63,296 nucleotides of DNA, filler included, from Octopus bimaculoides (GCF_001194135.2; 5 parts of 5 records of this genome joined end to end with filler, not necessarily neighbours in it), one strand, 5' to 3'. Shown: positions 50,930 through 63,125, counted from the whole stretch's first letter. The notes: generated from the letters alone by a model not told the origin. Numbers and translations are program-made.

Positions 50930-51385
50930 GTGTGTATCAACAGTGACAACAACCATATCCAATTTACAATGGAATATAGTGAAGACCAACTTCCTTTTCT
51001 TGACATTCTCATTATAAAAAAGGCACCAACATTGAAACTGATATCCGTTACAAACCGACTGATTTCAAGCAATACCTTCTGTTCACCTCTAATCACCCAA
51101 AGCACACGAAGACAAACATTTCTTTCAACCTAGCGAGAAGAATTTGTACAATTGTCTCAAATTATAGAACACGAAATAAAAGACTCCAAGAACTAAAGGC
51201 AATTCTTCTCGAAAGACATTACCCAGCATCATTAGTCGACAATGGAATAGAACGGGCCAAGACAATTGCTACCCAAGATTTGCGAAAATCGAAACACACT
51301 CACGGCATATTAAATAGTCTCCCATATCTCTCAACCCATAATCCAAGAAATACAGAAGCTTACACAATTATATACGTGCGACTCA
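50930..51385 (+). mobile_element. Penelope-like RT C-terminal (thumb) fragment
   Basis: NNHIQFTMEYSEDQLPFLDILIIKK, then TDIRYKPTDFKQYLLFTSNHPKHTKTNISFNLARRICTIVS...RLQELKAILLERHYP. Confidence 0.85.
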
Positions 51386-51581
51386 TAAACTTTCTCGGTA
51401 GTTTAAATATTTGGTGAAAAGCAATTTANNNNNNNNNNNNNNNNNNNNNNNNNNNNNNNNNNNNNNNNNNNNNNNNNNNNNNNNNNNNNNNNNNNNNNNN
51501 NNNNNNNNNNNNNNNNNNNNNNNNNNNNNNNNNNNNNNNNNNNNNNNNNNNNNNNNNNNNNNNNNNNNNNNNNNNNNNNNN

Positions 51582-51608
<27 letters not shown>

Positions 51609-51614
<6 letters not shown>

Positions 51615-52422
51615 CATCCACTCGTGCCCGAGGAAGACCATTGTTGACCTTCAGGAACACAGTGCGCTCTAGAACTAACTTATATTTTTGCATTTGCGGC
51701 TCCGTTGGAAGCTAATGAATTCTGCTTTTGACAAGCATACACGACTGCAAACATTGCAGACCCATTTTCCCCCATTCATTACACCAGCAGTGTGCTTTCG
51801 AGCAGCACGCTTAAGTTCTTTATGCAGAATATGTGTTCTCTCAAAAGTGTCCACCCTTTCCTTAACCTGCTCCCTCTATATGTGGCGATGACAGGCATTC
51901 CTTTCCCAGTCAGTATCCTGCATATCACAGGCCTTTAATGAGGACTTGACACAGTCCTTAAATCGCAGCCTTGGTTTCTGCCGGGGCCTCTTTCCATTGA
52001 CAAGTTCCCCATATCGTATCTGCTTAGGTATCTTGCTATAGTTCATTCTAATAAGGTGTCCAGTCCAACGTAACCGGTGTTTGTGCACCATCGCCTCAGT
52101 ACTTAATATATCAGCTGTCTTCAGGTCCTGTGTGTCTGGAGTTTTAAGGTGCAACCAGCATTCAGAATGTGTCTGAGTCATCTCTGATGAAACGTTCAAG
52201 GAACCTTACATGACGTTTGTAAAGGGTCCATGTCTCACATGAGTAAAGGAGCGATGTCAGTACACATGCACTGTACACAGCAATTTTTGTTTGCTTTGTG
52301 ATGCCATGCTGGGAACAGAGATGAGACTGAAGAGACCGGAAAGAATCAGTTACTCTCTGCAGCCTGAAAGATATTTCATCAGACAAGGAGCAAGAACGGA
52401 TAAGTGCGCTGCCCAGGTACAT
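51609..52422 (-). mobile_element. RTE (BovB-like) LINE 3' segment
   Basis: YLGS...TKIAVYSACVLTSLLYSCETWTLYKRH, and HRLRWTGHLIRM...PKQIRYGEL..GKRPRQKPRLRFKDCVK. The 3' end abuts a (TA)n tail at ~51609. Confidence 0.88.
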
Positions 52423-52810
52423 AAACTTAGTGCAGTCTGGAGGGATGATGCAATGCCTAAGTACTGGAAGGATGCGATTATTCTATAAAGGAAAAGGAGC
52501 CATAACAATGTATGGTAACTACAGAGGTATTGCTCTACTATCAGCTGCTAGCAAGGTTCTGACACATATTCTTCTTACCCGCCTGAATGGGTGTCTTGTA
52601 AATGATGTCCTATCTGAATCTCAATGTAGCTTCCGATCTGGTAGAGGGACAATGGATATGGTTTTCACAGCAGGAGTGCTATGAGCAGAATATGGATCTT
52701 GTCCAGGTATTCGTTGATTTAACGAAGGTCTTTGATACTGTGAATAGGGGCTTGCTATGGAAAATACTTAGCAAACATAGATGTCCTGATCAATTTGTAT
52801 CTATAATTAT
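52423..52810 (+). mobile_element. RTE LINE RT N-terminal segment, inverted relative to its 3' part
   Basis: WKDAII..YKGKG....GNYRGIALLSAASKVL...SESQCSFRSGRGTMDMVF and FVDLTKVFDTVNRGLLWKIL. Confidence 0.88.
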
Positions 52811-52852
<42 letters not shown>

Positions 52853-53711
52853 NNNNNNNNNNNNNNNNNNNNNNNNNNNNNNNNNNNNNNNNNNNNNNNN
52901 NNNNNNNNNNNNNNNNNNNNNNNNNNNNNNNNNNNNNNNNNNNNNNNNNNNNNNNNNNNNNNNNNNNNNNNNNNNNNNNNNNNNNNNNNNNNNNNNNNNN
53001 NNNNNNNNNNNNNNNNNNNNNNNNNNNNNNNNNNNNNNNNNNNNNNNNNNNNNNNNNNNNNNNNNNNNNNNNNNNNNNNNNNNNNNNNNNNNNNNNNNNN
53101 NNNNNNNNNNNNNNNNNNNNNNNNNNNNNNNNNNNNNNNNNNNNNNNNNNNNNNNNNNNNNNNNNNNNNNNNNNNNNNNNNNNNNNNNNNNNNNNNNNNN
53201 NNNNNNNNNNNNNNNNNNNNNNNNNNNNNNNNNNNNNNNNNNNNNNNNNNNNNNNNNNNNNNNNNNNNNNNNNNNNNNNNNNNNNNNNNNNNNNNNNNNN
53301 NNNNNNNNNNNNNNNNNNNNNNNNNNNNNNNNNNNNNNNNNNNNNNNNNNNNNNNNNNNNNNNNNNNNNNNNNNNNNNNNNNNNNNNNNNNNNNNNNNNN
53401 NNNNNNNNNNNNNNNNNNNNNNNNNNNNNNNNNNNNNNNNNNNNNNNNNNNNNNNNNNNNATATATATATATATATATAAATATATATATTAGAAATGAT
53501 CCATTTCTAAATCTCACAGAGAAACTTAAGCAGCAGTGTTACGATAAAGTACTTGTATACTGTCAACTTAACGTGACAGTCCTAATAAGGGAATCATACT
53601 ACTGCTATTTAGCCCTAGGTAGCTGAACCGCTTCCTGTCGGCCTTGACACATTTCCTGTGTCCTTATGTTTACGAGGGGGAGACAAGTACCTCCACCAAG
53701 CCAAGCCTGCA

Positions 53712-53754
53712 TTGAGGGACATGTTTCTGAGTTTTTGCTCGTCATCAGCCTGAG
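53712..53754 (-). ncRNA. Minimal type I hammerhead-like motif, intact core
   Basis: ctcagg-CTGATGA-c-gag-caaaaa-ctc-a-GAAA-C-AT-GTC-cctcaa: palindromic ACATGT stem III and a GUC site. Stem I has only 3 contiguous pairs. Confidence 0.6.
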
Positions 53755-53871
53755 GTAGAGTGATTTAGAAATGAATCATTTCTAATTTTTGTAATTAGTG
53801 AACGTGTTTCACTAGAAATATATATGTTTACGAGAGCTTGACAAGCATTTTCAGCCAGCTAGTCATGCTAC

Positions 53872-53914
53872 TTCAGGCTGATGACGAGCAAAAACTCAGA
53901 AGCATGTTCCTGAA
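53872..53914 (+). ncRNA. Minimal type I hammerhead-like motif
   Basis: ttcagg-CTGATGA-c-gag-caaaaa-ctc-a-GAAG-c-at-GTT-cctgaa: perfect 6-bp stem I. Confidence 0.6.
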
Positions 53915-54126
53915 TGCAGATTAGGCTGGGTGGAGGTACTCGTCTCCCTCTTGTAAACATAAGGACACAGGAAATGTGTCAAGGCCGACAAGGAGCGGTC
54001 CAGCTTCCTAGGGCTAAATAGTAGTAGTATGATTCCCTTATTGGGACTGTTACGTTAAGTTGACAGTATGCAACTACTTTATATATATATATATTGGCTA
54101 AACTGGCAGTATGACCATCCCCAAGT

Positions 54127-54173
<47 letters not shown>

Positions 54174-54190
54174 GGTGTGTGGGTGTGTGT

Positions 54191-54252
<62 letters not shown>

Positions 54253-54599
54253 TGTGTGCACATCTTTTGTTCTTCCTCTGCTTGGCAAATGGCGGTTGCT
54301 TTACTTTCCCATACCTTATCATAAATGATTGAATAAGTACCTAACATAGAAATTAGTACTGTTTATGTGCCATATACCACATTGAACAACAAGTTTCCGA
54401 TATTACTTGCGTAAGTTATAACTGTGATGACAAATGTGTTTATTCTTATTGTTTAGTTATTAATATATCTCTGACTCTTCTGTAATTTTTATAATTCTTT
54501 CCGTTATGTCTCCGTGTTCTGTCTTATCAGTTTCCTTTGTTCCTGTATTTGATTCTAGTCTACCTCTCTGATTTCAATATCAAAATCTAATTTATCGTT

Positions 54600-55500
54600 C
54601 ACAGTTTTAATTCATATGACTTTTCTCTGAGTAGCTTTATCATGTTTGCTTAGTGCTGTCTTTATTTTTTGTGTCTCACTTGAATTTCTGTAAATATTTT
54701 GAATAGATTCTCCCGTTTGAGAATGGTTCTGTTAATATACATGTACACCAGTCCTCTAAAGATGATTTATGATTTAACCATAGCATTACCAATAATAGTT
54801 TTATTCAGCAGGTTTGTTGAATTCCTCTCTTACGTGAATAAGCATGAGTTTAATAATCTTCATCTTGCCATTGCATTATTTCTTGTCTTTTCTAATTCCA
54901 TTTCGACATAGCATGCTTGATATACAGTCTTACTAATGGGACTACTTTATTGATAAACGTTGTATCGAATATTGAACAGCGTAGTCTGCTATCGAATACT
55001 TTACAGTAATCAATCCATGTCATGCTAAACATATTTTTTTTCTTCTTGTTTTTGCTGTCGTTAATAATTGCTCGGTTGAATTGTAGCTGCTCTTTACAAC
55101 CATAATTCCTCGCTCAACATCTATGCTTTGGTTCTGCTAAAATGGTATTTCTTTCCAGATGAGCAATCAGCCAGTTATAGAATACACACTAAACCAATTT
55201 GTATATTATTTGCATACAATTTATAGGTTTGTCGTTTTGGGTGCCTCTTGTGTTCTTCATTTGGCAATCAATATTGTTTCCCCTCCAGTAACCACTTTTC
55301 TGTTAATTATGGCCTGTTTATTAATTCATTGAATGCTGTTCCAACAAATTAATGAAATCTGGTTAGGTATTTCAATCAGAAATTGGGGTTCTTTGTCAAC
55401 TCTAAAATCTCTCCCAGCTGTTTCCCTGCTTTGCAGTATTGTTAAATTCCTCACTGTTTATGTCGAACTATGCTTGCAATGTTATTACATTTTCTTATAC
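54600..55500 (-). mobile_element. R4/Dong-like non-LTR RT fragment
   Basis: AHLERNTILAEPKHRC*ARNYGCKEQLQFNRAII...SMTWIDYCKVFDS matches the R4-clade motif GCKEQL...WIDY.KAFDS. Confidence 0.7.
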
Positions 55501-55649
55501 TTTTGTCTTTTAATCCATTCTACCTGAATTTTCTTCAACTTCTGTTGATGTTTGTACAAAGTCAGTTTTAAGATTTGTTGTTGTTGTTGTTGTTGTTTGC
55601 CCTACTGTGTGTCAAGAAGAGTGAGGAAACGAATCTTAGATGCATACAT

Positions 55650-56060
55650 AGAACCCATCTCTGCATACAGTTATTTGACCCGGAATCTCTACAGTTAAGT
55701 GCAAGAAAATTTTCAATATTGCAGAGATATGGTTCCTTAGAAGATCGGTGAAGGCGTTCTTTGCAGATAGAGTGACAAAGAGGAACTTAGGTGACCAAAG
55801 ACTACCAGAGAATTTCTTAACAAAATGAGCCAATAACTGGATGCCATTGGACATCATATGAGAACACAAAGTCTTGAGAGTTATGTGACACCTGGGAAAA
55901 CTGAAAGAGGGCAAATGCGATAGAGACACAGCGAGACAAAATACTCAAGGTCCATACACCTGGCTACAGAAAGACCGGCCAAATTACTTGCTCAGTTTTG
56001 TATGGACATGAAGGCTTCAAGGTCTATGATCGCAGACGTCTGTGGATATGGCTCACAAAG
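55650..56060 (+). mobile_element. Decayed LINE (RTE-like) 3' fragment
   Basis: VTPGKTERGQMR*RHSETK resembles the terminal GK.EG.R.RGR.R motif; many stops. Confidence 0.35.
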
Positions 56061-56081
56061 AGACGGAGAGACAGACAGACA

Positions 56082-56127
<46 letters not shown>

Positions 56128-57049
56128 AGCCATATAGAAGTTTTTAGAGTTTCTTTCAAATGCTTTGTTTTTCTGGACAAGACGCTAACACTTTCCAAAA
56201 CTCTTCAGGGCGACTTTCCTATTTTTACTTCCAGGATATCTTTCCAGTTTTATTAATATTGCGTTTATTTTAACATTTATGGCTGCCGCGACCTGACAGA
56301 ATCGTTACAGCGTCTGTCAATATTCCCAGCGATATTTCTTCCGACTCAATACGTTCTGATTTCAAATCCCTAAGTTGTCAATTTTGTCTTTGGAGGTCGA
56401 TATAATAAAGTACCAGTCTAGTAATAAGTCGATGTAAATGGCTTGCTCCTACCCCTAAATTGAAGTAATTACTTGAGGTTTCTCGCATTTCCCTTCCATT
56501 TCCGCTCACTCAGAAAAGAGAGGTCGCTGCAAGTTATTTTCCAATTCCAGACACCACATTTTCCTTTTACTTCCTTCAGTCCTTGGAGTGTGGCCCTGCT
56601 GGAGTACCGCTTTGAAGTGTTTAGTTGAAGCAAATCGACCATATTTTTAAGTATGGTACTTATTCCATCGTTCAGTTACGGGGACGTAATCAAACCAACA
56701 CCAATTTTCGAGCTGTGGGTGTTCGGACGAATACAAAGACAAATGAACACACACACACACACACACATACACGCATATATAATAATGTTGATTTGCTTTT
56801 ACATAACATATATTTTTTTTATATGTATTATGTATGTATGCATATATATCACGTGTGTTTGGAAAGGTTTAACGAAAGCACTCATACATTAGAAAAAACT
56901 TCTTCCCAAACAAGGTTAGTGACATCCTCATAACAGATTTCATAACATTTTTTAAACAATGATTTTTTTTTTAAATCACCTTTACACTTCAAAAACTTCT
57001 AAGTAATCTTCATAGACCTTCATATATATAAGTATATATATATATACTT

Positions 57050-57370
57050 TTATTCTTTTACTCTTTTATTTTTTCAATCATTTGACAGTGCCCATGCTGG
57101 AGCACCGCCTTTAGTCGAACAAATCGACCGCAAGATTTATTCTTTTTAAGTCAAGTACTTATTCTAATAGTCAATTTTGCCAAACCGCTAAGTTACGGAG
57201 ACGTAGACACGCCAACATCGGTTAAGCGATGGTGGGGGGACAAACACACACACACACACATGTATATATACGACGGGCTTCTTTCAGTTTCTTTCTACCA
57301 AATCCACTCATAAGGCTTTGGTCGACCCGACGCTATACTAGAAGACACTTGTCCAAGGTACCACGCATGT
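57050..57370 (-). mobile_element. tRNA-headed SINE, head truncated
   Basis: Reverse complement of the 46275-46645 family. Confidence 0.8.
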
Positions 57371-57834
57371 ATGTATGTATGTATGTATGTATGTATGCAT
57401 GCATGTATGCAGGTATGCATGTATGTTTGTGCGATTGTATGTATGTATGTACATATATACGATCAGCTTCTATAGAGTTTCTCACGACCAAATCCACTCA
57501 CAAGGCATAGGGCGGGTTGGGGCTGTTATTTCTATTTGTTCTTATTTGTTTATTTATTTATTTTGTCTCAGATTTGGTCACTGAAGAGGCATCTCTATCA
57601 GAATCTACTCCTATTCGTCTTTGCACTAACTTGCTTTATAGATTAGCTCTCACAGCCTCTTACTATTCAGCTTCGTTTCCATAGAGATTATATACTGTAC
57701 GATGGTCTTATCGTTTCTCTTGCCAACATGTTTGTTTGTAGCTTGACCACAGAATTTCGTTAATCCTTGTTCATTGATTTCATAATAGTCAATTCTTCTG
57801 TCTTTTTCTGTATTGTTTATCGCAAATTTTCATT

Positions 57835-58010
57835 AAAGGCGACGGAGTGGATGTGTGATTCAGAAGCTTGCACCCGAAACATGCGGTCTTAGATTCAGTC
57901 TCACTGCGTGGTATCTCGGATAAATGTCTTACGTTACAGCCCCGAGCTGACCAAAGCCTTGTGAGTGAATTTTGTACGCTAAAGCTGAAAAAAGCCCGTT
58001 GTATATATAT
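57835..58010 (+). mobile_element. SINE head
   Basis: ggagtggatgtgtgattcagaagcttgc...gattcagtctcactgcgtgg...gaccaaagccttgtgagtg matches the 46275 head. Confidence 0.75.
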
Positions 58011-58019
58011 GTATGTATA

Positions 58020-58199
58020 TATGGTTTCATTTGTTTCACTCATTTGACTGGGGCCATGCTGGAACACTCGCCTTTAGTCGAACAAATCGACCGCAGGACT
58101 TATTCGTTTATAAGCCTGTTCTATCGGTCTCTTTTGCCGAATCACTAATTTACGGGAACGTAAACACACCAACATCGCCTGTCAAGCGATGGTGGCGGA

Positions 58200-58289
<90 letters not shown>

Positions 58290-58430
58290 CAACAGGCTTC
58301 TTTCATTTTCCATGTACAAAATACACTCACAAAGCTGTTGTCTCCCCGAGGTTATAGTAGAATACACTTGCCCAGTGTACCACGCCGTGGGACTGAACCC
58401 GGAAACATATGGTTGGTAAGCAAGCTACTT
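58020..58430 (-). mobile_element. Full-length tRNA-headed SINE
   Basis: Reverse complement of 46275-46645 with an internal (CA)n/(TA)n tract. Confidence 0.8.
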
Positions 58431-58519
58431 TATTTCATAATATTTGCCATAAGGCAATGCATAGAGGGGATGGACAAGGGCAGACAAACCATCACCTCCC
58501 TCGTGTTTATTTCAGGCGG

Positions 58520-58690
58520 CACTTCTTATTTCTTTATTACCCACAAGGGGCTTAACACAGAGGTGACAAACAAGGACAGACAAAGGGATTAAGTCCATTA
58601 CATCGACCCCAGTGCGTAACTGGTACTTAATTTATCGACCCCGAAAGGATGAAAAGCAAAGTCGACCTCGGTGGAATTTGAACTCCAGTC
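58520..58690 (-). mobile_element. SINE (ggcggcgagctggcag family), 3' part
   Basis: Reverse complement of 40555-40720. Confidence 0.8.
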
Positions 58691-58889
58691 ATTAGATTCC
58701 GCTTTAAGGAATTTTAGTCGAGCTAATCGACACCTGGTACTTATTTCCTTTTTTCTTCTTTTTTTATTTCTTTATGCCTGGTCCTTATTTTATCGGACAC
58801 CTTTACCGAACTGCAGGCTTACGAGCACCTAAACACGCCAGTTGTCAGGTGGTGCTNNNNNNNNNNGATATATATATGTATATATGTAT

Positions 58890-58924
<35 letters not shown>

Positions 58925-58939
58925 TGTGTGTGTGTGTGC

Positions 58940-58989
<50 letters not shown>

Positions 58990-59004
58990 GTTTATGTATA
59001 TGCA

Positions 59005-59160
59005 TATACGACGAGTTTCATTCAGTTTCTCTCTACCAAATCCACTCACAAGTCTTCGGTGTGCCCGGAGCTGTAGTAGAAATCACCTGCCCAAGGTTCC
59101 CCGCAGTAGGAATAAACTGAGGACAATGTGGTTGCGAAGCAAACTTCTTACAACACATCT
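59005..59160 (-). mobile_element. SINE head
   Basis: Reverse complement of the 46275 head. Confidence 0.7.
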
Positions 59161-60245
59161 ACGTCCATATTGTTTTCCTTTTTACAGATTATACTTTATA
59201 TTATATAAGCTTCAATGGTTTCTTTTTTATAAACATTATTTTTTGGATCGCATCGCTCCAGTGACAATTATAACAGCCCCTTCCACCTTCTGATTTCGAA
59301 ATTCGTCTCTCATCTTCCATGAAATCCAAGTCTTCGTAACTATTTATTCTAATTGAAAACCGTGCGAGAACTTCAAAGAAACGTATTCTATACATTTCCT
59401 AAAATTGGAATGGTGTACTGTGAACCATAGCAATGTGAGGTTCCATAAAAGGAAATATCACCATCGAGATCATTGTTGCCTCCCACCGCTGATTCCCAAT
59501 GGCAGCTATGGTGTTAAAAGAACGTCTACAACATTATCCTGTGGCATTTTTCCATTGTCTTCCTTTACCAATATCGAACTGATGATTCTTAAGTCAGACA
59601 TCAAACACGCGGTTCGCACAAAAATCCAAGAAACAGAAAATTCCTGTCCTACTTTCACAAATACGAAAGAAACCCGATGTGTTCTTTGATATTTCCTCCC
59701 CCATCCCCACTCTGTTTCCGTACTTCCATAGATGTCACAATTGAGGCTGTATATCAAAGATGAATAGTCCAATACATATTAGCAGCTAACGACTTACCTG
59801 TAGTCGTCTTCTTTTTCATCGGATTTTATTCGTATTTTTCTATTTGATAAGGTATATTTCGGCCGTCCGGTGACCAATCAAATATCACAAGTGCATTATG
59901 GGATATTGATTTATTGTCTATGAAACGTTCCGATTGCAATCTCTTTCTCAATCTGGACTATATATTATATATATTATTTCTTGTTTGTTCTGGATATAAT
60001 CACAATACTATTTATTACAGGGAGAGAGCTGTTTATCCGCAGGTACAGAGAGGATTTTCATTGTCCACAAGCATTGAATATCCGTGAATAAATGAATGAA
60101 TGAAAGAATCCGCTAACTCACATCATCGCATGCAAATATACAGATGTATGCATTATACAGTGTGTATCTATATTCACTAACTATATATCTACATACATAT
60201 TCATTAATACAGACACAATCACTCACATGCATATATATGTGTGTG

Positions 60246-60299
<54 letters not shown>

Positions 60300-60309
60300 N
60301 NNNNNNNNN

Positions 60310-60344
<35 letters not shown>

Positions 60345-60881
60345 GAAAGAGAGAGAAAGAGAGAGAGAGGGAGAGACAGACAGATAGATAGATAGATAGA
60401 TAGATAGATATATAGATAGATAGATAGATAGATATATAGATAGATAGATAGATAGATAGATACACACATATATACACTGGCATGTGTATATACATATTCA
60501 TAGATACATGGAGAGACATACGCTGAGAAACACGGAGTAACAGAGATATTAGTAGCTATAAATATAGCTGCCAATTCGCGTACATATACATATGCATAGA
60601 TACAAGTTCACACAGACACACAAATACATATACATAAACATATGTGTGTGTCAGAGAGAGAGAAAGAGAGAGAGTGATTGTGTGCATATCAGAGAAATGC
60701 AAAAGATATTAAGACATTAAGAGCCTGTTATATAATATATAATATATATGTACATGTGTGTTTTTATATATATATATATGTGTATATGTGTGTATATATG
60801 TGTATATATATATACGTGTATGTATATGTCTGTATATGTGTGTGTGTGTGTGTGTGNNNNNNNNNNTATGTGTGTGTGTGT

Positions 60882-60930
<49 letters not shown>

Positions 60931-61221
60931 AATACGTACATATGTGTATTTCTGCACAATAGCTTACTAATATATTTTAGTCACGAAGGTATAACGAATG
61001 AGACAATAAGTGTGTTCAATTGTATATCCATGTGTGCGTGTGTGTGTGTGTGTGTGTGTGCGTGCGTGCGTGTGTGTGTGCGTGTGTGTGAGTGTGTGTG
61101 TGTGCGTGCGTGCGTGTGTGTGTGTGCGTGTGTATACAATTTCATATAAATACACGCATAATAATGTATATGTTTATTTATTATGTGAGTAAGCACGTAT
61201 GCATAAAATATACATACATAC

Positions 61222-61292
<71 letters not shown>

Positions 61293-61454
61293 CGTTAGAC
61301 CAAGAAAGAAACATTTCAAAGGAACCCTGGGCTATTTACTTGCACAATAAATAGGTTTTATCCCCAGATTTCTCTCGAAATGCAACTTGTTTCGGCTATT
61401 AAAATTTCTCTTCTGAGAGATGTAAAAGACATTAAGACATTAAGAAACTGTTAC

Positions 61455-61486
<32 letters not shown>

Positions 61487-62237
61487 NNNNNNNNNNNNNN
61501 NNNNNNNNNNNNNNNNNNNNNNNNNNNNNNTTAATTAATTAANNNNNNNNNNNNNNNNNNNNNNNNNNNNNNNNNNNNNNNNNNNNTATATATATATATA
61601 TATATATATATAAATATACACACACACACTGACGCATACATTATTATAATTATATATATATATATATATATATAACGTATATATACATAGGTGTGTTTAT
61701 CAAAAAAGGTTTACCTCACATTTCTCTCTCCCTCCATCTCTCTCTCATACAGACACACACACAAACGCGCGCGCGCATTCGTTTTTATATGGTCATACAT
61801 ACATACTATAAGCAGACATGTGTACTTTTTATACTTTTCCTTATATGAATTGTCATTCTTTCTTTCTTTTCTTCTGTCTGTCTGTCTATCTGTTCTCTTT
61901 CTCTCTCTCTCTCTTTCTCTCTCACCTGTACTTATGGCTTCTCCTCCCCATCCCCGTTTCTTTCTAACACACAATCACTGATCACGTTTGGTTACAGCTC
62001 GCAGCCAGTCTGGGCAATTAAAATAATTTTACTCTTGTAAAATTACTTTACCTGTCCCTTCATCTTTACCTGAGGGAGGTTTCTCTCTACGTGCCAGAAA
62101 AAGCCATCATTTTCCTCTGACAATATACCTTGTCTTCTAAAACAAAGGGAATGACATTGGATGTTGTCAGAACATAAGATAAAATGGGAATGACGGGGGC
62201 AGTTCGATCATAAAGTGGCACTCTATCAGTTGCAACG

Positions 62238-62390
62238 ATGCGAGATCCAGTTGATCCGATCAACGAAACAGCCTGTTCGTTTACAACGATGCGGGATCCA
62301 GTTGATCCGAACAATGGAACAGCCTTCTCGTTTACAACGATCCGAGATCCAGTTGATCCGATCAACGGAACACCTCGCTCGTTTACAAGG
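62238..62390. repeat. Three tandem 51-bp units derived from a SINE terminus
   Basis: Units start at 62238, 62289 and 62340. The core tccagttgatccgatcaacg.aacagcct.ctcgt recurs at ~62665-62698. Confidence 0.85.
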
Positions 62391-62654
62391 TATGTTTTGA
62401 CAATCTAAGAACAGGAAATAACAACACAGTACCTTATGAACAAAGGTGATAAGATGCAGGTAAAAAAAGAAATAGATGTGATAACAGAGGCAGACTGCGG
62501 AATTAACAAAGATATCGCATCATAAGCACCACTCTAAAGATACCGTCACGATCCTATCTGTACATTAGGCATGATGTTAGTGACCAAAACTCTACAGAGA
62601 ACAATCTGTTGAAAGAATAATCCTGAAATGGCACTCAGTCGGTAACCCTCAGAC

Positions 62655-62905
62655 GATGAGGGTTCCAGTTGATCCGATCAACGAAACAGCCTACTCGTGA
62701 AATTATCGTGCATGTGGCTGAGTATTCCACAGACATGTGTACCTTTAATGTAGTTCTCAGGGAGGTTCAGCGTGACACAGAATGTGACAAGGCTGGCCCC
62801 CTTTGAATTACAGGTACAACTCATTTTTGCCAGCTGAGTGGACTGGAGCATCGTGAAAGAATGTGTTTTGCTCAAGGACACAACACAACGCCGGGAATCC
62901 AACTC
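62655..62905 (-). mobile_element. SINE
   Basis: Shares catttttgccagctgagtggactggagca...tgttttgctcaag with 5285-5345. Confidence 0.75.
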
Positions 62906-62917
62906 ACACCCTGTTAC

Positions 62918-63125
62918 GACGAGCTGGCAGAATCGTTAGCATGCGAAGCAAAATGCTTAGCGGAATTTCCTCCGTCTTTACGTTCTGAGTTCAAATCTCG
63001 CTGAAGTCGACTTTGCCTTTCATCCTTTCGGAGTCGATAAATTAAGTACCAAATGGGTACTTGGGTCGATCTAATCGACTGGCACCCTTCCCAAATATTT
63101 CGGGCCTTGTGCCTAGAGTAGAAAA
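62918..63125 (+). mobile_element. SINE (ggcggcgagctggcag family)
   Basis: gagctggcagaatcgttagc...gttctgagttcaaat...gtcgactttgcctttcatcc. A minus-strand fragment of the same family follows at ~63195-63296. Confidence 0.8.

Larger units (their letters stand above)
53546..54080. mobile_element. Non-coding foldback element with ~210-bp inverted arms carrying hammerhead motifs (copy 2)
   Basis: 53546-53755 is the near reverse complement of 53871-54080; ~115-bp spacer homologous to that of copy 1. Confidence 0.88.

Noticed and set aside
59201-59772. ORFs of 64-94 aa near 59.2-59.8 kb
   Set aside because: No recognisable family. Joining them to the 59797 donor needs a 51-nt intron and still ends in early stops.
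2041-61319. Numerous long ORFs rich in X, YI, CV, HT or LS
   Set aside because: They are translations of N gaps and dinucleotide or tetranucleotide microsatellites.
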